DNA of 64,000 nucleotides from Dehalococcoidia bacterium (GCA_050011565.1 JBEKIW010000001.1:64207-128206); one strand, 5' to 3'. Positions 20,183 through 31,124 are shown, numbered from the stretch's first letter. The notes: generated from the sequence alone by a model not told the origin. Translations and numbers: made by a program.

Positions 20183-20776
20183 TTGTTGGCTAAAGAAGAA
20201 AGGGGTACGTTCGATGATAAAGTGTCTGACGCAGCGGAGGCGCATGATACCGAGTCTTTAGTACAACTCATGGCTCAGGAGAAGGAGAAAGCCGAGAGAT
20301 ATTTGGCCAACTGGCAGAGGGCTGAGGCCGATTTTAGAAACTATAAAGCACGTGAAGAACAGGGGAAAAAAGATATGGTAAACTGGGCTAACTCCACGCT
20401 GGTCTGCGATATATTGCCAGTGCTCGATTCTTTTGACCGTGCTTTTGAAGGGGCTGACCCTTCGGGTAAAGGGCTCAGCTGGATTACAGGCTTCAAACAA
20501 ATTCAAAAAATGTTGTTAGATGTTTTAGGTAAACATGGGCTGACAGAAATGAAGTGCGTTGGCGAGACATTCGACCCAAGCCGTCATGAAGCGGTAGTGC
20601 AGCGCGATGGGGCGGAAGGTATGATACTGGATGAAGTTCGAAAAGGGTACATGATTAAAGACAGGTTGCTTCGTGCGCCGCAGGTGGTGGTGGGGAAGGG
20701 TGGAGAAACGTCGAACTCTGAAACGGCTAAGGCGCCTGGGGAAAATTTAATAAACGAAACGGGGGCAGAAAAATAA
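20183..20776 (+). CDS. grpE: nucleotide exchange factor GrpE
   Basis: 197 aa, coiled-coil N-terminus and GrpE C-terminal domain. Preceded by RBS taggagg. Confidence 0.92.
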   Translation: MLAKEERGTFDDKVSDAAEAHDTESLVQLMAQEKEKAERYLANWQRAEADFRNYKAREEQGKKDMVNWANSTLVCDILPVLDSFDRAFEGADPSGKGLSWITGFKQIQKMLLDVLGKHGLTEMKCVGETFDPSRHEAVVQRDGAEGMILDEVRKGYMIKDRLLRAPQVVVGKGGETSNSETAKAPGENLINETGAEK

Positions 20777-20815
20777 AAACAATCATGAAAAATTTAGTGT
20801 GTGAAGGAGGCTATG

Positions 20816-22738
20816 ATGGCTAAGGCAGTTGGTATTGATTTAGGAACTACTTTTAGTCTGGTAGCTGTTGTCGAGGGCGGTGAGCCAAAAATAATTCCCA
20901 ATGCAGAGGGGGAGAGGCTGACACCTTCGGTAGTAGCTATTGATAAAAAGGGTGAACGTCTGGTGGGATTGTTGGCTAAAAGGCAAGCAATCACTAACCC
21001 GGAAAACACGATTTTCAGCATCAAGCGTCTGATGGGGCGAAAATTCAAAGATTCCGAAGTCCAGTATGACATAAAGCGGTTGCCTTACAAAATAATCGAA
21101 GCCGGTAATAGTGATGCCTGGGTGGTGATGGGGGGTAAGCAGTATAGCCCGCCGGAAATCTCGGCTATGATTTTACAGAAGCTGAAAATTGATGCTGAAG
21201 CTTACCTGGGCGAGAAGGTCACTGATGCAGTCATTACGGTGCCGGCCTATTTTAATGACAGTCAGCGCCAGGCAACTAAGGATGCCGGCACGATTGCCGG
21301 GTTAAATGTGATACGTATAGTAAATGAGCCAACCGCTTCGGCCTTAGCTTACGGGCTGGATAAAAAGGGAGAGGAGACTATCGCAGTCTATGACCTCGGC
21401 GGCGGCACGTTCGACGTTTCCATACTTGAACTTGGTGAAGGCCAATTCCAGGTTAAGTCAACCAATGGCGATACGCATCTAGGCGGCGATGATATCGACC
21501 AGAAAATAATGGACTGGCTGTGCGATGAGTTTAAGAAGGAATCGGGTGTGGACTTGAAACAGGACAGAATGGCGTTGCAGCGACTAAAGGATGCTGCCGA
21601 AAAAGCCAAGCGTGAGCTATCCACAGTCGGGCAGACAGAGATAAATTTGCCTTTTATCACGGCCGACGCCTCCGGGCCAAAGCACATGAATATAACGCTG
21701 ACACGAGCCAAACTGGAACAGTTAGCCATGGACTTGCTGGAAAGAAGTATTGAGCCGTGCCGCAAAGCCTTGGCTGACGCGAAACTCACCACGGCTCAGA
21801 TAACCGATGTGATTCTGGTCGGTGGGCAGTCGAGGATGCCTAAAGTTCAGGATATGGTACGTCAGTTTTTTGGAAAAGAGCCGGTTAAAGGCGTTAATCC
21901 TGATGAGGTGGTGGCATTGGGTGCAGCTATCCAGGCCGGTGTGCTCAAGGGAGAGGTGAGAGATGTTCTCCTGCTTGATGTCACGCCGCTTACTTTGGGC
22001 ATTGAAACGCTAGGCGGAGTAGCCACACCGCTTATTCCTAGGAATACCACTATCCCGACCTCGAAGAGCCAGGTATTCAGCACAGCGGCCGATAATCAGG
22101 CTAGCGTGGAAATCCATGTGCTGCAAGGCGAGCGCCAGATGGCCCCCGACAATCGAACTTTAGGGCGCTTTATGCTAGACGGGATATTACCGGCCCCAAG
22201 AGGGGTTCCACAGGTGGAGGTTACCTTTGACATTGATGCCAATGGCATCTTAAATGTTCGGGCTCAGGATAAAGGCACGGGCAAGGAGCAGAAGATAACC
22301 ATTACTGCTTCCAGTGGTCTGAGCAAAGGCGAAGTGGAGAAGATGAGGAGAGACGCCGAGTCCCATGCCGCTGACGATGCCAGAAAGAAAGACGAGGTGG
22401 AAACCCGAAATACGGCGGATTCACTCGTTTATACTGCTGAACGAACGCTAAGGGAGCAGGGTGACAAGATTCCGGCAGACTTGAAACAGGAGTTGGAGGG
22501 CAAGATAGCTGCGGCGCGCTCGGCTCTTCAAGGTACCGACACGAATTACATGCGCAGTGCCACAGAAGAGTTATCCAGCGTTATGCAAAAAATCGGCTCC
22601 GCTGTATACGGGCAAGCTGGTGCAACACCTCCACCCGGTGGAGCTCCCGGCGGTGAGGCCCCTGGTGAAGCCCCGGGCGGACCTCCTCCTGGCGGCAGCG
22701 AGGAAGGTACCGTAGAGGGCGAGTTCAGAGAAGTATAA
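20816..22738 (+). CDS. dnaK: molecular chaperone DnaK (Hsp70)
   Basis: AVGIDLGTT..., DLGGGTFD, C-terminal GGAPG repeats. RBS gaaggagg at 20803-20810 favours ATG at 20816 over the track GTG at 20801. Confidence 0.97.
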   Translation: MAKAVGIDLGTTFSLVAVVEGGEPKIIPNAEGERLTPSVVAIDKKGERLVGLLAKRQAITNPENTIFSIKRLMGRKFKDSEVQYDIKRLPYKIIEAGNSDAWVVMGGKQYSPPEISAMILQKLKIDAEAYLGEKVTDAVITVPAYFNDSQRQATKDAGTIAGLNVIRIVNEPTASALAYGLDKKGEETIAVYDLGGGTFDVSILELGEGQFQVKSTNGDTHLGGDDIDQKIMDWLCDEFKKESGVDLKQDRMALQRLKDAAEKAKRELSTVGQTEINLPFITADASGPKHMNITLTRAKLEQLAMDLLERSIEPCRKALADAKLTTAQITDVILVGGQSRMPKVQDMVRQFFGKEPVKGVNPDEVVALGAAIQAGVLKGEVRDVLLLDVTPLTLGIETLGGVATPLIPRNTTIPTSKSQVFSTAADNQASVEIHVLQGERQMAPDNRTLGRFMLDGILPAPRGVPQVEVTFDIDANGILNVRAQDKGTGKEQKITITASSGLSKGEVEKMRRDAESHAADDARKKDEVETRNTADSLVYTAERTLREQGDKIPADLKQELEGKIAAARSALQGTDTNYMRSATEELSSVMQKIGSAVYGQAGATPPPGGAPGGEAPGEAPGGPPPGGSEEGTVEGEFREV

Positions 22739-22768
22739 GGCTCCTTCGCATTTAAACTTAGTTATCAA

Positions 22769-22815
22769 AGCGGCGGATTGGTTACCAAAGTACACCATTC
22801 CGCCGCTGGTTTTTT
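22769..22815 (+). terminator. rho-independent terminator after dnaK
   Basis: agcggcggattggt...accattccgccgct stem followed by tttttt. Confidence 0.7.
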
Positions 22816-22872
22816 AGTACTCCTCAGCAATTCATTGGAAGGATATCTATATTTATTTTGTATGCTTGTTGA

Positions 22873-22901
22873 TATTGACAGCATATCTAAAAATCAATAA
22901 T
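22873..22901 (+). promoter_or_regulatory. sigma70-like promoter TTGACA-N17-TAATAT
   Basis: Read directly. Lies upstream of the small TM ORF at 22939. Confidence 0.45.
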
Positions 22902-22938
22902 ATGAGAAGTGAAACCAAATCGAAGGAGGTGTAATTTT

Positions 22939-23091
22939 ATGGCCAAAAGAAGTATAACCATCAGCAGTACGGCTATGGCGATATTAGCCATCATCGCTGG
23001 TATCCTGGTGTTATTCTGGTTTGATGCCGCCAGATGGGTCCTGGGCATTTTTCTCATCGTATGGGGTATACTGGCACTCATAAATAAGTAG
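22939..23091 (+). CDS. small two-TM membrane protein (~50 aa)
   Basis: MAKRSITISSTAMAILAIIAGILVLFWFDAARWVLGIFLIVWGILALINK. RBS aaggagg. Internal Met of track ORF 22909..23091. Confidence 0.45.
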   Translation: MAKRSITISSTAMAILAIIAGILVLFWFDAARWVLGIFLIVWGILALINK

Positions 23092-23170
23092 TAGAATTAC
23101 CGTTCGATTCGACAAATACCGTTTGCCGCAGCCTGACAGAACGGGCCTCTTGAAAGGTAGGTAGTGTATT

Positions 23171-23308
23171 ATGCTGGGTATCACGATACAGCCCGTGAGT
23201 GGCCTGATAATGGGCATATTAGCCCTTATCTTCGGCATTGTCGTAATGATTTTTCCCAGAATACTGAACTATCTGGTGGGGATTTATCTGATTATAGTCG
23301 GGATATAG
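23171..23308 (+). CDS. small two-TM membrane protein, paralogue of the preceding ORF (~45 aa)
   Basis: Manual translation MLGITIQPVSGLIMGILALIFGIVVMIFPRILNYLVGIYLIIVGI. Same architecture as 22939..23091. Below the track size cutoff. Confidence 0.35.
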   Translation: MLGITIQPVSGLIMGILALIFGIVVMIFPRILNYLVGIYLIIVGI

Positions 23309-23414
23309 GCCATAATTCAGGCTGTAACTTCGTAAGAAATCAAACGTTTACTTACATCGGCTTCATTTAACTGAGTAGCTTTTGTTTTCATTTGATGCTC
23401 TACTAGGCTAAGTT

Positions 23415-24182
23415 ATGCTTTATTTGGGCACGTCCGGCTTTAGCTACAACGATTGGGTAGGTAATTTCTACCCTGGCGGGATGCCTCGTAGAGACTGGCT
23501 TGGTTACTATGCCCGGGAATTCAATGCCCTGGAGCTAAATTCTACATATTATGCTTTGCCCAAGCTTTCTGTTTTAGAAGCCATGCTTCATAAAACGGGA
23601 GAAGGCTTTCTGTTTTCGGTCAAGGCAAATCAGGAGATGACGCATCAGCGTCAGCAAGATAATAGGGTTTTTGGGGCTTTTGTTCACATGCTGCAACCTT
23701 TTATCGATGCCGGTAAGCTGGGCTGCGTACTGGCCCAGTTTCCTTTTAGTTTTGGCTTCAGTCGACAGAATTTTGGTTACTTGGCACTTTTTCGTGAATG
23801 GCTGAAAGGTTTACCACTGGTGGTCGAATTTCGAAACGCTCAGTGGTTGAAGCCGGAAGTCTTTGATTGGCTGCGAAAGCATAACATTGGTTTCTGCTGC
23901 GTCGATGAACCGCAGCTACCCAAGCTGTTACCTCCTTTAGCTGAGGTTACCAGCGACGTAGGCTACGTGCGTTTTCATGGGCGTAACGTGGCTAAGTGGT
24001 GGCAGCATCAGTACGCTTATGAAAGATATGATTACACGTATTCAGCCGAGGAGTTGAATGGATGGCTGCCGCGGATTAGCAAATTAAATAGCCTTGCCGA
24101 AAAGACTTTCATATTCGCGAATAATCACTGGCGTGGTCAAGCAGTAAGCACCATACGACAGCTGCGTATGATGCTTGACTAG
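23415..24182 (+). CDS. DUF72 (YecE-like) family protein
   Basis: MLYLGTSGFSYNDWVGNFYP... is the characteristic DUF72 N-terminus. Confidence 0.8.
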   Translation: MLYLGTSGFSYNDWVGNFYPGGMPRRDWLGYYAREFNALELNSTYYALPKLSVLEAMLHKTGEGFLFSVKANQEMTHQRQQDNRVFGAFVHMLQPFIDAGKLGCVLAQFPFSFGFSRQNFGYLALFREWLKGLPLVVEFRNAQWLKPEVFDWLRKHNIGFCCVDEPQLPKLLPPLAEVTSDVGYVRFHGRNVAKWWQHQYAYERYDYTYSAEELNGWLPRISKLNSLAEKTFIFANNHWRGQAVSTIRQLRMMLD

Positions 24183-24245
24183 CTTGCTTTCGTATCTGGC
24201 GTGGGCTAGAATAGTTCGCGCAGCAATCGATACTGGTTTTGTGAG

Positions 24246-24620
24246 ATGGCTAATCTTACTGAGCTCCATGAGCGTTTGAAAAAAGAGCAGATACGTCTGA
24301 AATCTGAGCTTCAGAGGTTGAAGGTTGAGGAGAAATCTGCCGATGAGCAGCGTGAAGGCAGTCCTTTCGGCAAGAGGGATGAAGGGGCTACTGAAGCTTT
24401 TGAGTTGGAGAAGAGGCTGGCTCTGGAGAGACGTCTGAATGACGCTCTGGCTGAGGTGGAATACGCTATCAAAAAATATGAAGCTGGCATCTATAATATA
24501 TGTGACATATGTAGTCAGCCAATAGAGCTAGCCAGGCTTGAGGCACTGCCTCAGGCGAGCTTGTGTCTCAAATGTAAAGCCAGCCAGGCGAAGGATGCCA
24601 GAGGTAGAACGACAAGGTAG
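24246..24620 (+). CDS. DksA/TraR-family C4-type zinc-finger protein
   Basis: Coiled-coil N-terminus plus CDICSQPIELARLEALPQASLCLKC zinc finger. Immediately precedes lspA. Confidence 0.7.
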   Translation: MANLTELHERLKKEQIRLKSELQRLKVEEKSADEQREGSPFGKRDEGATEAFELEKRLALERRLNDALAEVEYAIKKYEAGIYNICDICSQPIELARLEALPQASLCLKCKASQAKDARGRTTR

Positions 24621-25113
24621 CGGGTGGCGGGGAGGGTTATTCCTCATCATTGCCGCCTGCGTAGTTGCCTTAGACCAGATAACCAAGCTGTGGGTCAGGT
24701 CTAACATTGCTCTTTATGAATCGGTGCCTATTTTTGGTTGCCTGAGCCTGACCAATGTGCGAAATACCGGTTCGGCATTTGGCCTTTTTGTAAACCGGGC
24801 TTTTCTGCTAACTCTTATCGGCGTAGTCGGAGTAGTAGCTATTTTATTGTTCTATCGCTATTTTTCTAAGTCCAATTTGTTGGGTGTTTCGGCTCTGGGC
24901 CTGGTTTTTGGTGGTGCCATAGGCAATCTGATAGACCGTTTTCGTTTCGGTTATGTTACCGACTTCATTGATGTTCGCCTGTGGCATGATTATCACTGGC
25001 CGTCATTTAATGTCGCTGACTCAGCCATAACAGTTGGCAGTATAGCGCTGGTTGTTTTTATATTTTTGACATTTAGAAAGGCAGATGGTAGTTCCTCCAA
25101 AGCCGGAAGTTAA
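24595..25113 (+). CDS. lspA: lipoprotein signal peptidase II
   Basis: Four TM segments; conserved NxGxAFG and FNVAD motifs. Internal Met of track ORF 24538. Confidence 0.85.
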   Translation: MPEVERQGSGWRGGLFLIIAACVVALDQITKLWVRSNIALYESVPIFGCLSLTNVRNTGSAFGLFVNRAFLLTLIGVVGVVAILLFYRYFSKSNLLGVSALGLVFGGAIGNLIDRFRFGYVTDFIDVRLWHDYHWPSFNVADSAITVGSIALVVFIFLTFRKADGSSSKAGS

Positions 25114-26008
25114 AATACTTCAGGTCACTGAGTCATCAGTTCGCCTGGATAAATATCTAGCTGGAGAATACCCTGAATTATCCCGCTCTATTCTTCAGAA
25201 ACTAATCAAACAGGGCTTTATTTTGGTCAATGACTTTGCAGCCAGACCAAGCCAGAAATTGAGCGTTGGTGACAAGATTTACGTTGCTTTGCCGCCTCCC
25301 GAAAAAGTCTCGCTGGCTGCCGAACCTATTCCGGTAGATGTGATTTATGAAGATGATGACCTGCTGGTGATATGCAAGCCGGCCGGGCTGGTCGTTCATC
25401 CGTCTCCGGGACACACCTCTCATACGCTGGTCAATGCCCTTTTAGCGCGCTGCCCCGATTTGGCTGGCTTTGGCGACGCTATGCGGCCGGGCATAGTTCA
25501 CCGTTTGGACAGAGATACTTCAGGGTTGATGATTATTGCCAGGAATAGTCGCGCCCAGCAGTATCTGATTAATCAATTCAAAGACCGGTCAGTGTCAAAA
25601 GGTTACCTGGTCTTAGTCAAAGGTAAGCTGACCCCCGGTCAGGGTATTATCGATGCTCCTCTCGGCCGTGACCCGTCTAATCGCAAACGTATGGCGGTCG
25701 TTACCAGCGGCAGACAAGCCAGGACCGGATATAAGGTTAAGGAATATCTAAATGGCTACACTTTGCTTGATATCACTACCGAGACCGGCCGTACCCACCA
25801 GATAAGAGTCCATTTATCAGCTATCGGTTATCCGGTAGTCGGCGACGCCGTATACGGCGTCAGGTCGCCGTATGTTAAGCGGCAGTTCGTCCATGCTTAT
25901 CGACTGGGTTTCTGCATGCCGGCCAGCGGGCAGTACCGAGAATTCACCTGTGAGCTACCTCCGGACTTGAAACAGGCCATGGTATTGATATCAGGGACAA
26001 AGGGCTAA
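25085..26008 (+). CDS. rluD: RluA-family 23S rRNA pseudouridine synthase (RluD-like)
   Basis: S4 domain plus HRLDRDTSGLM catalytic motif. Classic lspA-rluD linkage. Confidence 0.9.
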   Translation: MVVPPKPEVKILQVTESSVRLDKYLAGEYPELSRSILQKLIKQGFILVNDFAARPSQKLSVGDKIYVALPPPEKVSLAAEPIPVDVIYEDDDLLVICKPAGLVVHPSPGHTSHTLVNALLARCPDLAGFGDAMRPGIVHRLDRDTSGLMIIARNSRAQQYLINQFKDRSVSKGYLVLVKGKLTPGQGIIDAPLGRDPSNRKRMAVVTSGRQARTGYKVKEYLNGYTLLDITTETGRTHQIRVHLSAIGYPVVGDAVYGVRSPYVKRQFVHAYRLGFCMPASGQYREFTCELPPDLKQAMVLISGTKG

Positions 26009-26078
26009 CTATTTACGAGCTGCTATTGCTTAATGCATAGATAATGTGTTAAATTGTATTTGAAGAGAGGTACTCAAT

Positions 26079-26357
26079 ATGAAGGGCGCAGATAAACCTT
26101 TCGAAAAGATAAAGAAGGACCAGATGGGGCGTGAGGGCGAATTATATTCGCAGCTAATGGATAAGACCGGTGAATTCGGCAATCTGGAGACCTTTGAAGC
26201 TGACTCCGCCGTTCGAAGGAATGAGTTGCTGTTTAAAATCCAAACCGATATGGAAGATGTGAAGAACGCCGTTAAACAGGCTGAACAGCTAACTGAGAGG
26301 CTCAGGCGAAGATTGAGCGACCTCGAAGGTATGTATCGTATCCTCACCAAAAAATAG
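26079..26357 (+). CDS. small coiled-coil hypothetical protein
   Basis: ORF track. RBS gaagagagg. Confidence 0.4.
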   Translation: MKGADKPFEKIKKDQMGREGELYSQLMDKTGEFGNLETFEADSAVRRNELLFKIQTDMEDVKNAVKQAEQLTERLRRRLSDLEGMYRILTKK

Positions 26358-26498
26358 GGATTTCGTAATAATCTGTTAGGCATTCGCCGCATCTTTCCAT
26401 AATATTTTTCTAATGACTTAAATCTTATGAAATGACTTGTTACCCTAAGTAAATCCAGCGATATGCCGGCGAGCTAGCGTTTTTGGAAGGAATCAAGG

Positions 26499-26957
26499 TT
26501 GGAGAAGAAGCCAAAAGAGTTTGCCTTAGAGTACGCTGGCTTCTGGATTAGACTGGGGGCAGGTGTCATTGACCTCTTAATTTTAGGCGCTTTTGTTGGA
26601 GTTTTAGCCTTCTTTTTTCCGGCTCCCGCAATATGGTTGACAACCGGTATAGTCGTATCAATTGTTTACTGGCTGGGTTTTTGGGTATGGCGGGGTCAGA
26701 CGCCGGGTAAGATGGCTGTGGGGATAAAGGTCATTAGAACCGACAGTTCTCCAGTTAAGTGGCAATGTGCGGTACGTCGTTGTTTAGGATACGTCGTCTC
26801 GGCGATAACGCTGTTCATCGGCTTCATCTGGGTAGCGTTTGATGGTCGCAAGCAGGGAATACAGGATAAGATTGCTGATACTTACGTGGTTAAGCTGCCT
26901 GTAAGACAGTTGGTTTTAACCGGGCCTTATGCTCGAGGCCAGGCTAGTTATGGTTGA
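26499..26957 (+). CDS. RDD-family membrane protein
   Basis: R...D..D pattern and TM topology (WVWRGQTPGKMAVGIKV). Confidence 0.7.
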   Translation: MEKKPKEFALEYAGFWIRLGAGVIDLLILGAFVGVLAFFFPAPAIWLTTGIVVSIVYWLGFWVWRGQTPGKMAVGIKVIRTDSSPVKWQCAVRRCLGYVVSAITLFIGFIWVAFDGRKQGIQDKIADTYVVKLPVRQLVLTGPYARGQASYG

Positions 26958-28395
26958 AAAAAATGTTAGGGTCCGATTCGCTCCCAGCCCAACCGGCCAC
27001 CCCCATCTAGGCAATATCAGGACCGCCCTATTTAACTGGGTCTTTGCTCGGCATAATCACGGCGTTTTTATTTTGCGTATCGAGGACACCGATGTCGCTC
27101 GTATGGTTGAAGGCGCCACGGATGTTATTCTGGATAGCCTGCACTGGTTGGGGCTTGATTGGGACGAAGGCCCCTATTTCCAGTCACAGCGGTTAGAACT
27201 GTATCGTGAAGCGGCTGACAGGCTACTGAACAACGGGCTTGCTTACCGTTGCTATTGCTCTCCACAGCGGCTGGAGTCGATGCGCCAGGAGCAGATGAAG
27301 CGAAAGCAGCCACCGGGCTATGACCGCCACTGCCGCAATCTTACAGAAAAGGAACGCGCTGAACAGGAGGCGAGCGGGACTATCCCCGTGGTGCGTTTCA
27401 AGTCACCACTGGAGGGCCAGACTTCTTTCGATGATTTGCTGCGCGGGCAGATAGTATTTGAAAACAGCACGCTGGACGATTTCGTTCTACTTAAATCTGA
27501 CGGTTATCCTACCTATCATCTGGCCAATATCGTGGATGACCACCTGATGGAGATTTCACACGTTCTCAGGGCCGATGAATGGCTATCCAGCACGCCCCGT
27601 CATGTCCTGCTTTACCAAGCCCTCGGTTGGCAGCCGCCTCAGTTTGCCCATCTGCCTATGATTTTGGGTTCGGACAGGTCGAAGTTGAGCAAGCGGCACG
27701 GAGCCACGTCTATAATTGAGTACAAAGAGCAGGGCTACTTGCCCGAAGCGATGTTTAACTTTTTAGCTTTGCTTGGCTGGTCATTGGATGACAAGACGGA
27801 GCTTTTAACGCCGGACGAGATAGTAAAGCATTTCTCTTTGGAGCGAATAAGCACGACTGCCGCTGTGTTTAATAAAGACAAGCTGGAATGGATGAACGGG
27901 GTTTACCTCAGGGGCTTGAGTTTGGAAGAATTTACGCGCAGAGCCATGTCCTTTTTAGAGAAAGGTTTGCCGTCTGAAGTCAAACGTCCATTAGACGTTA
28001 GCTACATAGGCCGGATTATACCCCTGGTTCAGGAGCGGGCCAGGACTCTAGCAGAGGTGCCACAGTTAAGCGATTTTTTCTTCGTAGATAAACTGGAATA
28101 TGATGCGGGGCTGTTATTGGGCAAAATCGATAAAGAGGAAGCCCTTAAAAGCCTCCGGGTTTCAGCTGATAAGATGAATGATTTGAAGAATTGGGATGCA
28201 GCTTCTCTGGAGGCTGTTTTCAGGCCGTTAGCCGATGAGCTCAAATTGAAGACCGGCGTGTTTTTTGGCCTGCTGCGGGTGGTGGTTACGGGGAGGACAG
28301 CAGCGCCGCCTTTGTTTCAAACCATGGAGGTGTTAGATAAGGAGCGGTGCCTTAAGCGGCTGAAAATGGCTTTGGCCAAGCTGGGAACTTCTTAA
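26950..28395 (+). CDS. gltX: glutamate--tRNA ligase
   Basis: HIGH motif (PTGHPHLGN) and KMSKS (KLSKR). Internal Met at 26950 matches family N-termini. Confidence 0.95.
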   Translation: MVEKNVRVRFAPSPTGHPHLGNIRTALFNWVFARHNHGVFILRIEDTDVARMVEGATDVILDSLHWLGLDWDEGPYFQSQRLELYREAADRLLNNGLAYRCYCSPQRLESMRQEQMKRKQPPGYDRHCRNLTEKERAEQEASGTIPVVRFKSPLEGQTSFDDLLRGQIVFENSTLDDFVLLKSDGYPTYHLANIVDDHLMEISHVLRADEWLSSTPRHVLLYQALGWQPPQFAHLPMILGSDRSKLSKRHGATSIIEYKEQGYLPEAMFNFLALLGWSLDDKTELLTPDEIVKHFSLERISTTAAVFNKDKLEWMNGVYLRGLSLEEFTRRAMSFLEKGLPSEVKRPLDVSYIGRIIPLVQERARTLAEVPQLSDFFFVDKLEYDAGLLLGKIDKEEALKSLRVSADKMNDLKNWDAASLEAVFRPLADELKLKTGVFFGLLRVVVTGRTAAPPLFQTMEVLDKERCLKRLKMALAKLGTS

Positions 28396-28545
28396 AATTG
28401 ATTAGGGACTCGGCGCTTCGCTTAAAAGTGGAGCATTATATTATTTATGAATGAACTAATATAACTATCCGTCTGAAACGGAGGCATTGCAAGCTGTACA
28501 TAATAGGAGCTCAGGGCATGGCTATAAGTCCACCCTGGGATGAGA

Positions 28546-29241
28546 CTAATAATTGCCGAATATCAGGTTTATCAGATTAACGCGAACCTTGATCTGCTCG
28601 TCTTTGGTTACTTGCTGAGGCACCTGTTCAGTATATGGTGTGGACACAGTTTTGTTGGCCTTGACCGTAGCTTGCCCGGTCTTAGTCAAGTCATAAGATG
28701 TTATGTCCCTATGCACGACCTGTGACCCGTCATAGTCTGTTAGGGTGATAACCCAGGTGTTGTCGGGCCCTCTCGTTTGTTGCATTTGTACAACTTGATC
28801 GACCGGGTCAACAGTTATCGTTGTCCCCACCGCTTTGTCGTAATAAGTATAGGGAACATAATATGGGTTGCCCCAGGTGTCATACTCAATGTAGTAGCCT
28901 GTGCGTTCTATCGTTCCCCCTCCCACCTGGAGCCAGCCCGTGTAGACGTTAATGGTTTCATCAACTGTCACCTGCTCTTGTCTCTCTTTTTGCACCGGCA
29001 CCATTATCGTCTCGGTTTTTTGTACCGTTTTTGTTGCAGAAAACATCGGCACAAAGAGAATAAGCAGCAGTACAATAACGCCGATGATTACTACCCAGGG
29101 ACTTGCCCCCAGCCATCTGGTTCCCTTATGTTCGACTCTTACAACTTCGACTTCTTCAGGTTCCTCTACTACGCGCCTAACTACTCTTCGAGTCTGGGTC
29201 TTGGGTTTATTCACTTTTCTCGTTGGACTTGTTTTCGCCAT
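28546..29241 (-). CDS. membrane-anchored hypothetical protein (basic N-terminus, one TM, Tyr/Thr-rich ectodomain)
   Basis: ORF track. Single TM VVIIGVIVLLLILFV. Confidence 0.5.
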   Translation of the reverse strand: MAKTSPTRKVNKPKTQTRRVVRRVVEEPEEVEVVRVEHKGTRWLGASPWVVIIGVIVLLLILFVPMFSATKTVQKTETIMVPVQKERQEQVTVDETINVYTGWLQVGGGTIERTGYYIEYDTWGNPYYVPYTYYDKAVGTTITVDPVDQVVQMQQTRGPDNTWVITLTDYDGSQVVHRDITSYDLTKTGQATVKANKTVSTPYTEQVPQQVTKDEQIKVRVNLINLIFGNY

Positions 29242-29428
29242 GGCCTATGGCTCCTTTCCCAGATAGTAAAACTTTTGGCATTCAATATAACTATCTTTGT
29301 CAAATTTGTCAATCCCTTTAACTAGGTATTATGTGGTCATTTTGGAGAATTCTTATCCTGTTAATAACGCGTCCAGTTGCAAAATTGTTGGTGACTAAGC
29401 AACCCTGTTTGTATCGTACTATGCGTAT

Positions 29429-30238
29429 CTATGACTCCTGGCATTTGGGGCAGAAATAGCTGCCGCGGTTTCTAACGGCAAGCCGCTGTATGGGAGTGCC
29501 GCAGACAGGGCATGGCTTGCGGCCACGATGAGCCACACGGAAGTTGTCATGCGCTGTGCCCAACCGTCCGTCGGGCCGCTTGTAAGTATCAACGCTGGCA
29601 CCTTTACTGTCAATGGCTGCCTGCAGAACATCGACAATCGCTTTGTGTAGTTTTCGAATTTCTTGAGTTGAGAGGCTGTTGGCTTTCCGCAGCGGGTGAA
29701 TTTTGGCAGCAAACAGGGCTTCATCGGCGTACATGTTGCCGATGCCGGCCATGAATCCCTGGTCGAGAAGAACAGCCTTTATAGGTGCCTGCCGTTTGTG
29801 CAGTCGCTCAGCCAGGGTCTGGGCGGTGAACTCCGGGTCTAACGGCTCAGGTCCCAGCTTGCCGATAACAGCCTGTGCATTTTCCAGTAGCCACAGCGCT
29901 CCCAGCCGCCTGCGGTCGGTAAAAACAAGCTGGCTGCCGTCGTCAAGGCGAAAGATAACTCTGGCGTAGCGGTCAGTTTGCTCTGGATTCAGCAGCAGGG
30001 CACCGGTCATTTTGAGGTGGATAACCAGCGCGGCGCCACTGGAGATGCGGAAAATGAGATATTTACCGCGGCGCTCCAGGTCGTTTATGCTTTGCCCTAT
30101 CAATCCACGGCGGAACTCATCGACTGAAGGTCGTTTCACCGGCTTGGCATCGCAGATGGTGACGTCGGTAAATCGCCGGCCGATTACATGAGGCGAAAGC
30201 TCGTTCTTTATGGTCTCTACTTCAGGCAGTTCGGGCAA
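29429..30238 (-). CDS. mutM: formamidopyrimidine-DNA glycosylase
   Basis: MPELPEVE N-terminus, H2TH, C-terminal zinc finger CPVCG...CPKCQ. Confidence 0.93.
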   Translation of the reverse strand: MPELPEVETIKNELSPHVIGRRFTDVTICDAKPVKRPSVDEFRRGLIGQSINDLERRGKYLIFRISSGAALVIHLKMTGALLLNPEQTDRYARVIFRLDDGSQLVFTDRRRLGALWLLENAQAVIGKLGPEPLDPEFTAQTLAERLHKRQAPIKAVLLDQGFMAGIGNMYADEALFAAKIHPLRKANSLSTQEIRKLHKAIVDVLQAAIDSKGASVDTYKRPDGRLGTAHDNFRVAHRGRKPCPVCGTPIQRLAVRNRGSYFCPKCQES

Positions 30239-30339
30239 TGTTTGATAACCACCTTTAGACGCATTGCGGTTGATAGGTACTCGTATTGTAGCCTAAAGTG
30301 CTTGTGTGTTAAACATTTGCTGGGTATAATTCTAATTTA

Positions 30340-31086
30340 ATGGAAATCAGGATGAAAAACAGAAGATTGCTAATCCTGGCGATTTGCTCAGTACTGGCTA
30401 CCTTGATGATAGAGTTCGGTTGCGCCAGTCCGGCTCAACAACATGTCAACAAAGGTAATGAATACTATAACCAAGGGCAATACGATGAAGCCATCGCGGA
30501 ATACAGTGAGGCGATTGAGCTCGACCCACAGCTTGCCGGCGGCTATAACGGCCGTGGGCTTATCTATCAAACGAAAGGTCGGTTCGACGAAGCCATTGCC
30601 GACTTTGACAAAACCATTGAGCTGGATCCAAAAAATGCCGAGTTCTATTACAACCGTGGTAATGTGTACCTTGGAAAAGGGCAATTTCAAACGGCTGTCG
30701 TGGATTATGACAAGGCGCTTGTACTTAACCCGGGGTTTGTCATGGCTTATAACAACAGGGGGCTGGCTTATGCCGGCCAGATGCAGTATGACAGGGCCAT
30801 CGCTGATTATAGTAAAGCTATCGAATTAGACCCGAAGCTGGCTGTGGCATATGACAACCGTGGCCTTATGTATAGTGATAAAAAAGGGTACGACGCAGCC
30901 ATATCTGACTTCAACAAGGCGATTGAGCTGGACCCGAACCTGGCCAAGGTGTACTTTAATCGTGGTTTCGCCTATAACAGGAAGGGTGATGTGGAGCAAG
31001 CAAGGGCTGATTTAGATAAGTGCATTGAAATATCCACTGACCCCGCGCTCACCAAAGCAGCCAAAGAGCTACGGGAGAGGCTCTGA
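30340..31086 (+). CDS. TPR-repeat lipoprotein
   Basis: Lipobox FGCAS; six tandem TPR units (AIELDP repeats). Confidence 0.8.
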   Translation: MEIRMKNRRLLILAICSVLATLMIEFGCASPAQQHVNKGNEYYNQGQYDEAIAEYSEAIELDPQLAGGYNGRGLIYQTKGRFDEAIADFDKTIELDPKNAEFYYNRGNVYLGKGQFQTAVVDYDKALVLNPGFVMAYNNRGLAYAGQMQYDRAIADYSKAIELDPKLAVAYDNRGLMYSDKKGYDAAISDFNKAIELDPNLAKVYFNRGFAYNRKGDVEQARADLDKCIEISTDPALTKAAKELRERL

Positions 31087-31124
31087 AAACCTATCAGATT
31101 CTTCTGATATGGTTGATTCTTACT

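Noticed and set aside
20182-20470. Apparent +1 frame discontinuity inside grpE (around 20460) and 1-nt offsets at a few ORF ends (e.g. 46331)
   Set aside because: The ORF track gives continuous translations. The discrepancies occur at homopolymer runs and are attributed to my manual counting, not to real frameshifts.
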